Positions 7,906 to 15,469 of a stretch of 19,457 bases of DNA are shown here, in pieces. Position numbers and translations under genes: made by a program. The first letter of the stretch is position 1; each line of letters begins with the position of its first letter. Under the pieces are notes generated by a model that was not told where the DNA came from, did no database searches, and saw nothing but the letters and a program-made list of their open reading frames with translations. Origin of the DNA: Clostridiales bacterium (lineage in GTDB: Bacteria > Bacillota > Clostridia > Christensenellales > QALW01); NCBI GenBank assembly GCA_018376855.1, contig JAHAAN010000020.1, positions 1-19,457 on the forward strand, given 5' to 3'.

Positions 7906-8490
7906 CTATTTTCTTTTCCTTACAGCATAAACGATCAGCTCTGCGGCCTCGTCCAGCCCCATATCCGTATTGATCATAAGGTCGTAATTTTTATAGTCTC
8001 CCCAGTTACGCTCAGAGATCCGCGCGTAGTAGGCCGCTCGCTGTTTATCGTGCCGGCGGATCTCCGCGCGCGCCTTCTGCTGCGCAACGCCGTACTCCTC
8101 AACAGCACGGCGTTCCCGCGATGTAAGCGGCGCATAAAGAAACACTCTAAGCAGGTTCGGATCCTTCCGCAGAATATAATCGGCGCAGCGCCCCACGATA
8201 ATGCAGGAATCCTTCTCTGCTATGCTGCGAATCGCACGTGTCTGTTCCACAAAGACCTGATCGGAAGCAGGCAGCTGCGCGGAATGCATGTAAACGCTGT
8301 AAAGCAGGCTGGATGTGGGCTTTTGCTCCACACTCTCCACATACTCCGGCGTAAACCCCGTTTGCTCCGAGATCATGCCGATCAGCTTTTTGTCATATAC
8401 TGCAACGCCGAGAAGCTCCCCAAGCTTTTGCGCAACCGTGCGCCCGCCCGAAGCATACTCCCGGCTTACCGTCAAAACGATGCGTTCCAT
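7906..8490 (-). CDS. Cytidylate kinase-like (AAA/P-loop-like) family protein, 194 aa.
   Basis: The N-terminus IVLTVSREYASGGRTVAQKLGELLGVAVYDKKLI is typical of cytidylate-kinase-like family proteins. A GC hairpin at 7876-7893, just downstream, could act as a terminator. Confidence 0.65.
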   Translation of the reverse strand: MERIVLTVSREYASGGRTVAQKLGELLGVAVYDKKLIGMISEQTGFTPEYVESVEQKPTSSLLYSVYMHSAQLPASDQVFVEQTRAIRSIAEKDSCIIVGRCADYILRKDPNLLRVFLYAPLTSRERRAVEEYGVAQQKARAEIRRHDKQRAAYYARISERNWGDYKNYDLMINTDMGLDEAAELIVYAVRKRK

Positions 8491-8511
8491 ACATGCCCTC
8501 CTTTTGCCGTT

Positions 8512-8839
8512 TTACTCGCCGCAATGCCCTCCGCAGGAGGAACAGCCGCAATCGCACCCGCTGTCCCCGCAGCCGCAGCTATGCTGATGCTCCAACCGCT
8601 CAATGATCACAGGCGTAACGCGCTCCATTTCTTCATCCGAAGGCATTTCAAAGTTTTCAATTTGGTCTCCGTTAAAAATCGCCCGCATAACATACAGATT
8701 CGGCTGCTCGTTCTCCTGCAGCTGATCCTCCGGCGTTACAAACAAGGCATAGTGCTGCCCATCAAACTCAAAGGCATCCGCCATCAGCAGCGGCATTTCC
8801 TTGCCTGTCTCATCCTTAAAATACATTACTTCACTCATT
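8512..8839 (-). CDS. DUF1292-family protein with an unusual Cys-rich C-terminal tail, 109 aa.
   Basis: The N-terminal core MSEVMYFKDETGKEMPLLMADAFEFDGQHYALFV is DUF1292-like. The tail reads HSCGCGDSGCDCGCSSCGGHCGE. Start is ATG at 8839 with an RBS GGAAAGGAA. Confidence 0.6.
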
Positions 8840-8922
8840 CTTTTCAATTCCTTTCCATTTATAATCCTATTATAACCAAAACCGCCAAAACTGCAAGAGT
8901 TTTCTCTCGCCAAGCGGCATGC

Positions 8923-9885
8923 TCAGCTCAAAACACGCTCCGTGGTTTTAAAGTGCAGCTTGGCATAGCTGCGCAGCGCCTCTTCGCCCAGCTCCCGAAC
9001 CAGCCTGCGCGCCTGCTGCTCCACCGCAGGCGAAGCACCCTTTTGCAGCTCAAACCCGCAAAGCTCGCTCATTCGCGCCATAGATGCAAGATAGCGTTCC
9101 CTTGCCAGCACCGAGGCTGCGGCAACTGCGGCATCCCGCTCCCCCTTTGGCGTTTGAAACAAGCGGGTGCTGCGCCCGCGTTCCATCAAGGCGCGCTCAA
9201 GCACATGCTCGCTGCTGAACTGATCCGCAACGATCGCCCTACAATTTGGATTCGCCGTTAAAAGATTTTCGATCACACGCGCATGTCCCCACGCAAGCAG
9301 TGTGTTCAGGTTTCCCGTGCGCGCATACAGCGCATTGTATTTTTCCGGAGAAATACATATGATCTCTATGCAGGCGGGGCTTAACGCCTGCCGCAGCTCA
9401 GCGGCCAGCGCAGTATTTTTTTTATCGCTGTTCAGCTTGGAATCGCAAGCTCCAAGCGTTTCAAGCAGCTTCAGCGCCCTGTCGTCCGCGCAAACGCCCG
9501 CGATTACCAGCGGCCCAAAATAATCCCCCTTGCCCGATTCGTCGGTTCCGATATGCTCGCCAAGTTCGGGCAGTTCTTTAACCGGACGTGCTGAACCCCC
9601 CCCTTGCACCGTCTTTTCACAAGCCTGCAAAGCCAGTTGAGGCGCCAGCCCTTCTCCCGCGTTTCCCGCCTTGCCCATCGTAACAAGCTTCGTACTCCGC
9701 CCGTTTTTCTGATTAAAATAAAGCGTAAGCGAAAACGCTTCCCCGTCCGCAGTCTCTGCGCAAAGACGCACCCCGTAATCAACCGGCTGAAAACGGATAT
9801 TACCGCACCCCAACGCCTTCAGGCGTTTTTCTAACGTCAATTCCGCCTCCCCTGCCCCGCACTCAAACGGAACCGATATCGCCAT
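8923..9885 (-). CDS. rnhC: Ribonuclease HIII.
   Basis: The catalytic motif GTDESGKGDYFGPLVIAGV belongs to the RNase HII/HIII family. An N-terminal DUF3378-like domain of about 90 aa distinguishes HIII. The likely start is ATG at 9885 (MAISVPFE). Confidence 0.75.
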   Translation of the reverse strand: MAISVPFECGAGEAELTLEKRLKALGCGNIRFQPVDYGVRLCAETADGEAFSLTLYFNQKNGRSTKLVTMGKAGNAGEGLAPQLALQACEKTVQGGGSARPVKELPELGEHIGTDESGKGDYFGPLVIAGVCADDRALKLLETLGACDSKLNSDKKNTALAAELRQALSPACIEIICISPEKYNALYARTGNLNTLLAWGHARVIENLLTANPNCRAIVADQFSSEHVLERALMERGRSTRLFQTPKGERDAAVAAASVLARERYLASMARMSELCGFELQKGASPAVEQQARRLVRELGEEALRSYAKLHFKTTERVLS

Positions 9886-10014
9886 AACAATCCCCTGCCT
9901 TTTTTCAATTCGCCGCAAAGAACCCCCGCGCAAAAATTCATTTTCACGGTCGCTTCCCTGTCCTGCCCTTATTATAATTGTATCACATCTTTTTTGTTTG
10001 CGCTACACAGAACA

Positions 10015-10043
10015 TTGACAGTTTCTCCGTTCTGTGCTATTAT
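10015..10043 (+). promoter_or_regulatory. Near-consensus promoter for tRNA-Arg(CCT).
   Basis: TTGACA at 10015-10020, a 17-nt spacer, then TATTAT at 10038-10043. It lies about 32 nt upstream of the tRNA. Confidence 0.6.
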
Positions 10044-10074
10044 TTCTAAGTAAATATGCTCATTAAATTAAAAT

Positions 10075-10151
10075 GTTTCCGTAGCTCAGCAGGATAGAGC
10101 GTTTGCCTCCTAAGCGAAAGGCCGGCGGTTCGAATCCGCCCGGGAACACCA
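10075..10151 (+). tRNA. tRNA-Arg (anticodon CCU), with an encoded CCA.
   Basis: Reads GTTTCCGTAGCTCAGCAGGATAGAGCG. The anticodon arm is TTTGC-cTCCTaa-GCGAA, the T-arm is GGCGGTTCGAATCCGCC, and the acceptor pairs with one G-U. Confidence 0.8.
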
Positions 10152-10198
10152 AAACGAAAATCCTGTCGATTTCAGTCGGCAGGATTTTCGTTTTGTAT
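10152..10198 (+). terminator. Rho-independent terminator after tRNA-Arg(CCT).
   Basis: A long imperfect hairpin from ACGAAAATCCTG to CAGGATTTTCGT, followed by TTTTGTATT. Confidence 0.65.
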
Positions 10199-10935
10199 TA
10201 TTCAATATTCAATCGACAGGATTTTCAATGAATAATGAAATAATGAAGTTGCCTTACTGATGAATCACGAATAATTGATTTTAAATTAAGATACATTACA
10301 AAATAAACAGAATTTAACGCGAATGTTCAAGTGCAGACACCAAAAATAAAAATACATCTATATTCGATTGTCTTCACATCGGGATTCCGCATAGACACCG
10401 TGTGCAGTTTTTCCATATTTAATTATTATTACGACAAGAACAAAAATTCCTGTCTTTTTTGTTGTTTTAGAGCGATTGTTATCACGGTTGACCGGATAAC
10501 ACGCTGCTAAAATGGCTATCAAAAAAGGCACTAAAGCGATCCAAAGCTCCGAATCATTATAAAATTACAGAGCATTACATAACCATAATTATTCAAAGGC
10601 AACAAAACGTCTAATGCAAACATCACCCTAAGCCCCGCAAAAATCGAACTTATCAGCAATGCATCAGGCGAATACCCCGCTTCCTTTGGGGTCAAAATAC
10701 GAAAAAGCCGCCGTTAAATACTATAAAAAAACAACAAACCCATGGTAAAAAATTGCAAAAGAACAAAGACATTCGGCGGTTTATTCATAAAAGGCAGCAA
10801 AGACATATCGGAATCCCCATTTTAAAGCCGGCATACAGACTGCATCTTAAAAAACGTTCATTAAACCCGAACGCTCTTAAAATGAAGATTTGTTTACGAA
10901 AAAGCATAAAAAAGTTCCTGTTTCATACGTCAATA

Positions 10936-11560
10936 AACGATCTCTTTTATAAAAGCGAAAGAAAAAACGGAATTCAGCTCCTCCCACCCGTTCTGATGAC
11001 AAACAGGGATCGACGCTATAGCGCTTTCGATCTCCTGCACGCTGCACTACTCTATGTATCGGTTCACTCTATCAAGCCTCCGCCCTTCGCCAAGCTCCGA
11101 AGAATTTCTTTTTAAATCAAGCAGCTTTTCTACGTCCGGCTTCATTTCGCTGTCAAGATATTTAAGGCTGAAACAGCATAGGCAGCGTTCCTTCGGCTAA
11201 TATCCATTTGCACGCAAGCAACAAGCGAAGCACATAAAAATATTTTTTCAGCCGCACGGTTTCACCTTTAAGATATTCCCTATAATTGCTTTTGGCTGTG
11301 TTTAAATAGTGATAAACCCCTGCTTTGGCAACAAAATACCGATCGATAATCGCAGAAATGCCCCACCACTCAATAACGTCTCTTGTTTTATTAAGGCAAA
11401 GATAGAACTCCTTTGGCCGAACATAGATAAACCGCACGTCATAATCGCTGTCAGGCGAAGCAACGCCCCAAGCCCTGTTGCCCGATTCAACGCAATGAAA
11501 TATTCCGATATTTTCCTTTTCTTCAATTTCCTTCAGCTTAAGCCGTATAAGCTTCTACAT
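10936..11560 (-). pseudogene. RtcB-associated predicted nucleotidyltransferase (PF10127-like 'Nuc-transf' family), disrupted.
   Basis: The RBS GGGAGAAGG precedes ATG at 11560, and TAG follows immediately at 11557-11555. The open frame then reads KEIEEKENIGIFHCVESGNRAWGVASPDSDYDVRFIYVRPKEF...KKYFYVLRLLLACKWILAEG, which resembles the conserved N-half of this family. There is a frameshift at about 11165-11175. It continues in another frame as YLDSEMKPDVEKLLDLKRNSSELGEGRRLDRVNRYIE, then a TAG at 11049-11047, then CSVQEIESAIASIP...GWEELN. Confidence 0.55.
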
Positions 11561-11654
11561 GTTTTTTGCCTTCTCCCTTCCCTTATGTAATGCAAATTTC
11601 ATCCTATCCGCTTTCCCTTTATGCTCCGAATTGCGCTAAGAATACAGCGGCAAA

Positions 11655-12863
11655 TCACTCTGCCGCTTTAAAATTATATATGGGCTTGATATGCGCGATA
11701 ATTTCCGCAGTAGGCGCTATATTCGCAACGATTTCATCCATATTCTTATACGCCATAGGGGACTCGTCAAGCGTAGCGGCGTTCACGCAGGTGGTATAAA
11801 CACCTTTCATTTGCTCTTTATACTCCTCCATGGTAAGCCTTTCAAACGCTGCTGAACGGGACATAAGCCGCCCTGCGCCGTGGGGCGCGGAACAGTTCCA
11901 CTCCGCATTGCCCTTGCCCGTGCAGATCAGGCTTCCGTCGCGCATGTTGATGGGGATCAGCAGCCTCTCTCCCTTCTTAGCAGATACGGAGCCTTTCCGC
12001 AGGACCCTTTCTTCCACGTCAATGTAATTGTGGATCGTATGAAATGCAGCTCTGCCGGTCAGCCCGGCTTTATCAAGCAGGATCTCCGCCATCTTCTCGC
12101 GATTGCGCGCAGCAAACTGCTGGCAAATGTTGATATCGTGCAGGTAATCCTCCATAAAAGCGCCGTAAAGATAGCAAAGCTCTCTGGGCATTGTGAGCTC
12201 CTTGGCCTCCCATTCCCCTGCAATCGCTTTCAGCGCGGCCTGAATATCGCTTTTGCGCCCGTCTTCTTTATAGGCGCGTATGATTTCATCCCTCTGCTTA
12301 AAGTATTCTTCCTTCCCGATGTTCAGATCTATGGCCATATTCTGATAAAATTCCGCGACCTGTGTTCCCAAATTACGGCTGCCGGAATGAATGATAAGAT
12401 ATTGATTCCCCTCCGCATCCGCATCGATCTCAATAAAGTGATTGCCTCCGCCGAGCGTGCCGATGCTTCTTTCAAGCCGCTTTGTATCCTTCAAATTACG
12501 GCAGCATCTGAGCACCGTAAGGTCAAAATGCTCCTGTCTGCCTTCCCACACTCTTCTGCCGCAGGGAATGCAGTGCGCCGCCCGATCAAACGCTTCAAGG
12601 TCGATATCCGCCTTGCCGAGATCAACCGTATACATTCCACAGCCGATATCCACACCGACCATATTGGGAACAACCTTGTCAACGACCGTCATCGTTGTGC
12701 CGATCGTGCAGCCCTTTCCTGCATGAACATCGGGCATGATGCGTATTTTCGATTCAGCAAAGGCTTCCTCATTGCATACCGATTCAATCTGCGCATAAGC
12801 TGTAGGCTCAAGCTCATCAGTGTAACAGACTGCCTTATTAAATTTTCCGATTATTTCAATCAT
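11655..12863 (-). CDS. rtcB: RNA-splicing ligase RtcB (3'-phosphate/5'-OH RNA ligase), 402 aa, intact.
   Basis: Hallmark motifs are present: MPDVHAGKGCTIG, GGGNHFIEID, HSGSRNLG, HNYI and APHGAGR. An RBS AAAAGGAG precedes the ATG. Confidence 0.85.
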   Translation of the reverse strand: MIEIIGKFNKAVCYTDELEPTAYAQIESVCNEEAFAESKIRIMPDVHAGKGCTIGTTMTVVDKVVPNMVGVDIGCGMYTVDLGKADIDLEAFDRAAHCIPCGRRVWEGRQEHFDLTVLRCCRNLKDTKRLERSIGTLGGGNHFIEIDADAEGNQYLIIHSGSRNLGTQVAEFYQNMAIDLNIGKEEYFKQRDEIIRAYKEDGRKSDIQAALKAIAGEWEAKELTMPRELCYLYGAFMEDYLHDINICQQFAARNREKMAEILLDKAGLTGRAAFHTIHNYIDVEERVLRKGSVSAKKGERLLIPINMRDGSLICTGKGNAEWNCSAPHGAGRLMSRSAAFERLTMEEYKEQMKGVYTTCVNAATLDESPMAYKNMDEIVANIAPTAEIIAHIKPIYNFKAAE

Positions 12864-12940
12864 AACACAACTCCTTTTAAAAATGCCGCAAAAGCTTTAG
12901 GCCGAAATCGCCGCCAACCTTCCGCGCTTTCCTCTTCTCA

Positions 12941-14044
12941 TTACGCATGCTTTCCCTTTATAATGCCCGTAAGCTGCGCAAGAATATCGCCGGCGCTATT
13001 GAGCGTAATATTCCCCACATTCTCACAAATCCGCTCAACATACTCAAGCTCCTTGAGCCTGTAAAGCGTTTGGTTCTCATCCATCAGCTTTGCCGTGTTC
13101 AGCAAGGATCTGGTAGACGCAACCTCCTCACGGCGGGTGATCACATTCGCCTGCGCGCGCTTTTCCGCAACCAGCACGGTGTTCATGATCTCACGGATCT
13201 CTCCGGGAAGAATAATATCCTTAACGCCGGCGTCCGTGATCTCGACAAACAGTTCTTTCTCCTTTGCTTTAAGCTTCTCAAACACAAACTCAGACATTTG
13301 ATCTTTGCTCTCAAGGATCTCATCCAGTTTATGCTTGCCTACATACTCGCGCAGCGCCAACTGCGCCGCAACATGCATTTGCTCGGCAAAGTCGTCGATC
13401 TCCGTCAGGATCTTCACATAGTCGGTTACACGGTAGCTGCATACGAAGTTAATGCGAAGCGACACTTTATCCTGCGTAAGGATCTCCTGCCCGGTAACGT
13501 CCATCTGCGTAAGCCTGGTGTCCACATAACCGACGTCGATCTTGACGCCGGTTTTCCAAAAATAATATGTTCCGGCATCCAAAATCCTGACAAATTTTTG
13601 GTTGAAGTAGAGCCTTGCCTTTTGGTACTCTAAAACCTCCACCTTGGTGTAATATACCGCTGGCAGCTTAGAGAAGATATATTCCGGCACAGACGGCTCG
13701 ACCTCCGGCGTTGAAATATCGGCTATCCTGTATTCATGCCGACCGGCAGCCTCCCAAAAGGCATACTTACCCTGACGGAGCACAGAAACAAACTTCCCGT
13801 TCACGAAATGGAGCGCCAGCTCTTCGTCCGCAACCTCGATCACCGAAACGCTGTTTGCCACCGCCTCATCCCTGAGAAGTGTATCCAACGTGCACTTGTT
13901 CGATACGATCGGCTGATCCAGCTCCGTAATTTCGATCTCTCTGCCGCTGAAAAGACGGTACTTTCCGGCTGTAAGCATTTTAACATACTTTCCGTTTTTA
14001 AAAAGAAAGCCTCTTTGGTTCTGGTTAATCATAATCTTTTTCAT
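12941..14044 (-). CDS. Slipin-type SPFH/band-7 family protein with three N-terminal tandem repeats, 367 aa.
   Basis: Three copies of an F-x-NGK(Y/F)V-x-L-x-x-GKY-x-FW-like motif: QRGFLFKNGKYVKMLTAGKYRLF, LHFVNGKFVSVLRQGKYAFW and RLYFNQKFVRILDAGTYYFW. These are followed by an SPFH core (ILTQDKVSLRINFVCSYRVTDYVKI...AQLALREYVGKHKLDEIL...AEKRAQANVI). An RBS AGGAGG precedes the ATG. It lies 77 nt upstream of rtcB on the same strand. Confidence 0.7.
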   Translation of the reverse strand: MKKIMINQNQRGFLFKNGKYVKMLTAGKYRLFSGREIEITELDQPIVSNKCTLDTLLRDEAVANSVSVIEVADEELALHFVNGKFVSVLRQGKYAFWEAAGRHEYRIADISTPEVEPSVPEYIFSKLPAVYYTKVEVLEYQKARLYFNQKFVRILDAGTYYFWKTGVKIDVGYVDTRLTQMDVTGQEILTQDKVSLRINFVCSYRVTDYVKILTEIDDFAEQMHVAAQLALREYVGKHKLDEILESKDQMSEFVFEKLKAKEKELFVEITDAGVKDIILPGEIREIMNTVLVAEKRAQANVITRREEVASTRSLLNTAKLMDENQTLYRLKELEYVERICENVGNITLNSAGDILAQLTGIIKGKHA

Positions 14045-14231
14045 AATATGTAAAACCTCCTAAAAGTTAAAATACGGCTGCAATTTCTCATGAAACGCCT
14101 GCGGCCGAAAATTTCAGCGATCTCCCATGCAGGCGGAAAGGCGAGCTTCTGGCCTGCATACTTGATGCGCGGTATCCGTTTTCGGGCAAGGCAAGCGCTT
14201 CATTGCTTTTGGCTGAGCAATTGCACAAAAT

Positions 14232-14503
14232 AAAAAAACGTTCCTGCGTGCTTTCGCACGCCGTTTCCTATGCCGTTTCCGGCAGATACCAAACCACTGG
14301 CGATATGCTCAAGCGAGCATACGGCGGGATTCGAACCCGCGATAAGCGGACTTGACCGGTCCTCGAGGAATTTCCCCATCTGTCGAAGCCTCCAAGGCTC
14401 ATCAGATTGTCAAAGAGCAAGAGCTGCTTCGGGCATACACGTCGGCATCGCCTTGTGCACCGCAGTGAAAGATCTGTTCAAACACACGCTTGAAGCTTCC
14501 TTG
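14232..14503 (-). ncRNA. Candidate small RNA or 5'-leader carrying a tRNA T-arm mimic, ending in an intrinsic terminator.
   Basis: Minus-strand signals in order. An extended -10 TGgTAAAAT is the complement of 14511-14519. A T-arm-like hairpin GCGGG-TTCGAAT-CCCGC is the complement of 14323-14339. A terminator GCGTGC-GAAA-GCACGC followed by AGGAACGTTTTTTTATTTT is the complement of about 14228-14262. No ORF is present. Confidence 0.3.
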
Positions 14504-14540
14504 CGAGTAGATTTTACCAATAAATTCCCCATCAAACACG

Positions 14541-14574
14541 GAAAAAAAGCTGCGAGCTTAAAAAAGTCCGCAGC
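14541..14574 (-). terminator. Rho-independent terminator immediately after the downstream WYL gene.
   Basis: The minus strand reads GCTGCG-gacttttttaagct-CGCAGC followed by TTTTTTT. The stop codon lies inside the hairpin. Confidence 0.55.
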
Positions 14575-15469
14575 CTCTTTGCCTTTGCAGGCGTTCTATG
14601 ATTAAATTTCTAAAACGCTCCGGTTCGGTTACCTCTATCAAAGGGCCAAAGCCCAAAACGCGTATGACCATTTCCGTTTCATCGTCCTTGTCGTACCGAA
14701 TATGCACAAGGTAATGCTTTTCATCGATCCGCTCCGCCCGCTTTTCAAAGTGCGCGAAGTGAAGCATGCAGCGCTCCAAGGCATTTCTTTCATCACAAAT
14801 GCGCAAAACAACGGTTCTTTGCGGCGGCGAAGAAACCACCGACGGTGCAAAACCGCACGCCGAGCCCTTCTCACAGGAGACGATCCGCGCAAGATTAACG
14901 GTTTCTCCGTACCGGCATCCGGTACTAAGCAAGCGAAACTTATCATCCTTTTCAGAATACTCTAACCGCACCGGCAAGACCGTCATCGTCAGCAGCTTGC
15001 CTTTGCGGTTAAGCATCTGAATTTTAAGCGACTGCCTATCCCGGACAGCCGACAGCGCCGTTCTGAACCGCGCAATATAGCCTTCGTCCTGATAAGGATC
15101 GCCGTCGCCGTATTTGTCATAAATAAAGCAGTCAGCCGCCTTGAAAAGCGGCTCCACACCCTCAAGGCCGCTTATTTCCATTCCAAACAGCCTGATGCGC
15201 GGGTCAAGCGATATGGCCTTTAGCCATTGCTTTTGAAGCAGCGTCAGCGGCATTGTCGGCTTATGCTTGATCGGTGTAGACAGATCGTTCCTTGCAAGCT
15301 GCCACTTTTCGTTTTTTAACGACGGAAGGATCGTCAGCACACTTTCGCCGAACGCATTTTCACAGACTATTTTATTTAATTCTTTTTCCGAAGCGCCGCC
15401 CTCTATCATTCTTGCGATGATTTTCGCCACCGCATTATAATAAGCAGAATAAAGCTCATTAAAAATCAT
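14558..15469 (-). CDS. WYL-domain protein with a C-terminal WCX domain, 303 aa. No obvious N-terminal HTH.
   Basis: The WYL-like core is LLTMTVLPVRLEYSEKDDKFRLLSTGCRYGETVNLARIVSCE. The WCX-like tail is MVIRVLGFGPLIEVTEPERFRNLIIERL. It overlaps the upstream WYL gene by 4 nt (ATGA). Confidence 0.6.
   Translation of the reverse strand: MIFNELYSAYYNAVAKIIARMIEGGASEKELNKIVCENAFGESVLTILPSLKNEKWQLARNDLSTPIKHKPTMPLTLLQKQWLKAISLDPRIRLFGMEISGLEGVEPLFKAADCFIYDKYGDGDPYQDEGYIARFRTALSAVRDRQSLKIQMLNRKGKLLTMTVLPVRLEYSEKDDKFRLLSTGCRYGETVNLARIVSCEKGSACGFAPSVVSSPPQRTVVLRICDERNALERCMLHFAHFEKRAERIDEKHYLVHIRYDKDDETEMVIRVLGFGPLIEVTEPERFRNLIIERLQRQRGCGLF

Noticed and set aside
8050-9261. 403-aa plus-strand ORF
   Set aside because: It is antisense to the cytidylate-kinase-like, DUF1292 and RNase HIII genes in a GC-rich region. 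It is Arg/Leu/Ala-rich and low-complexity.
10753-11115. 120-aa plus-strand ORF (MQKNKDIRRFIHKRQQRH...)
   Set aside because: It is a highly basic, low-complexity shadow on the strand opposite the nucleotidyltransferase pseudogene frames. It has no RBS.
11047-11560. Genetic-code reassignment of TAG (for example pyrrolysine) to explain the two in-frame ambers
   Set aside because: Other well-supported genes here (antirepressor, ImmA) appear to terminate at TAG. There is no Pyl machinery in the window, and a frameshift is also present in the same gene. Pseudogenisation is more parsimonious, but this cannot be excluded without genome-wide data.
11880-13064. 394-aa plus-strand ORF
   Set aside because: It is antisense to the strongly supported RtcB gene, has no recognisable motifs and is rich in Leu/Arg/Ser. 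This is a typical shadow ORF.
12947-13633. 228-aa plus-strand ORF
   Set aside because: It is antisense to the slipin gene and has no domain signal.
14320-14345. Possible complete minus-strand tRNA gene around GGCGGGATTCGAACCCGC
   Set aside because: The T-arm is perfect, but no acceptor-stem partner or anticodon arm can be folded from the flanks. I therefore treat it as a T-arm mimic or remnant rather than a tRNA.
14380-14412. CUGAUGA on the minus strand, suggesting a hammerhead ribozyme
   Set aside because: The required GAAA core segment after stem II is absent (the sequence continues TTCGAC). Not a hammerhead.
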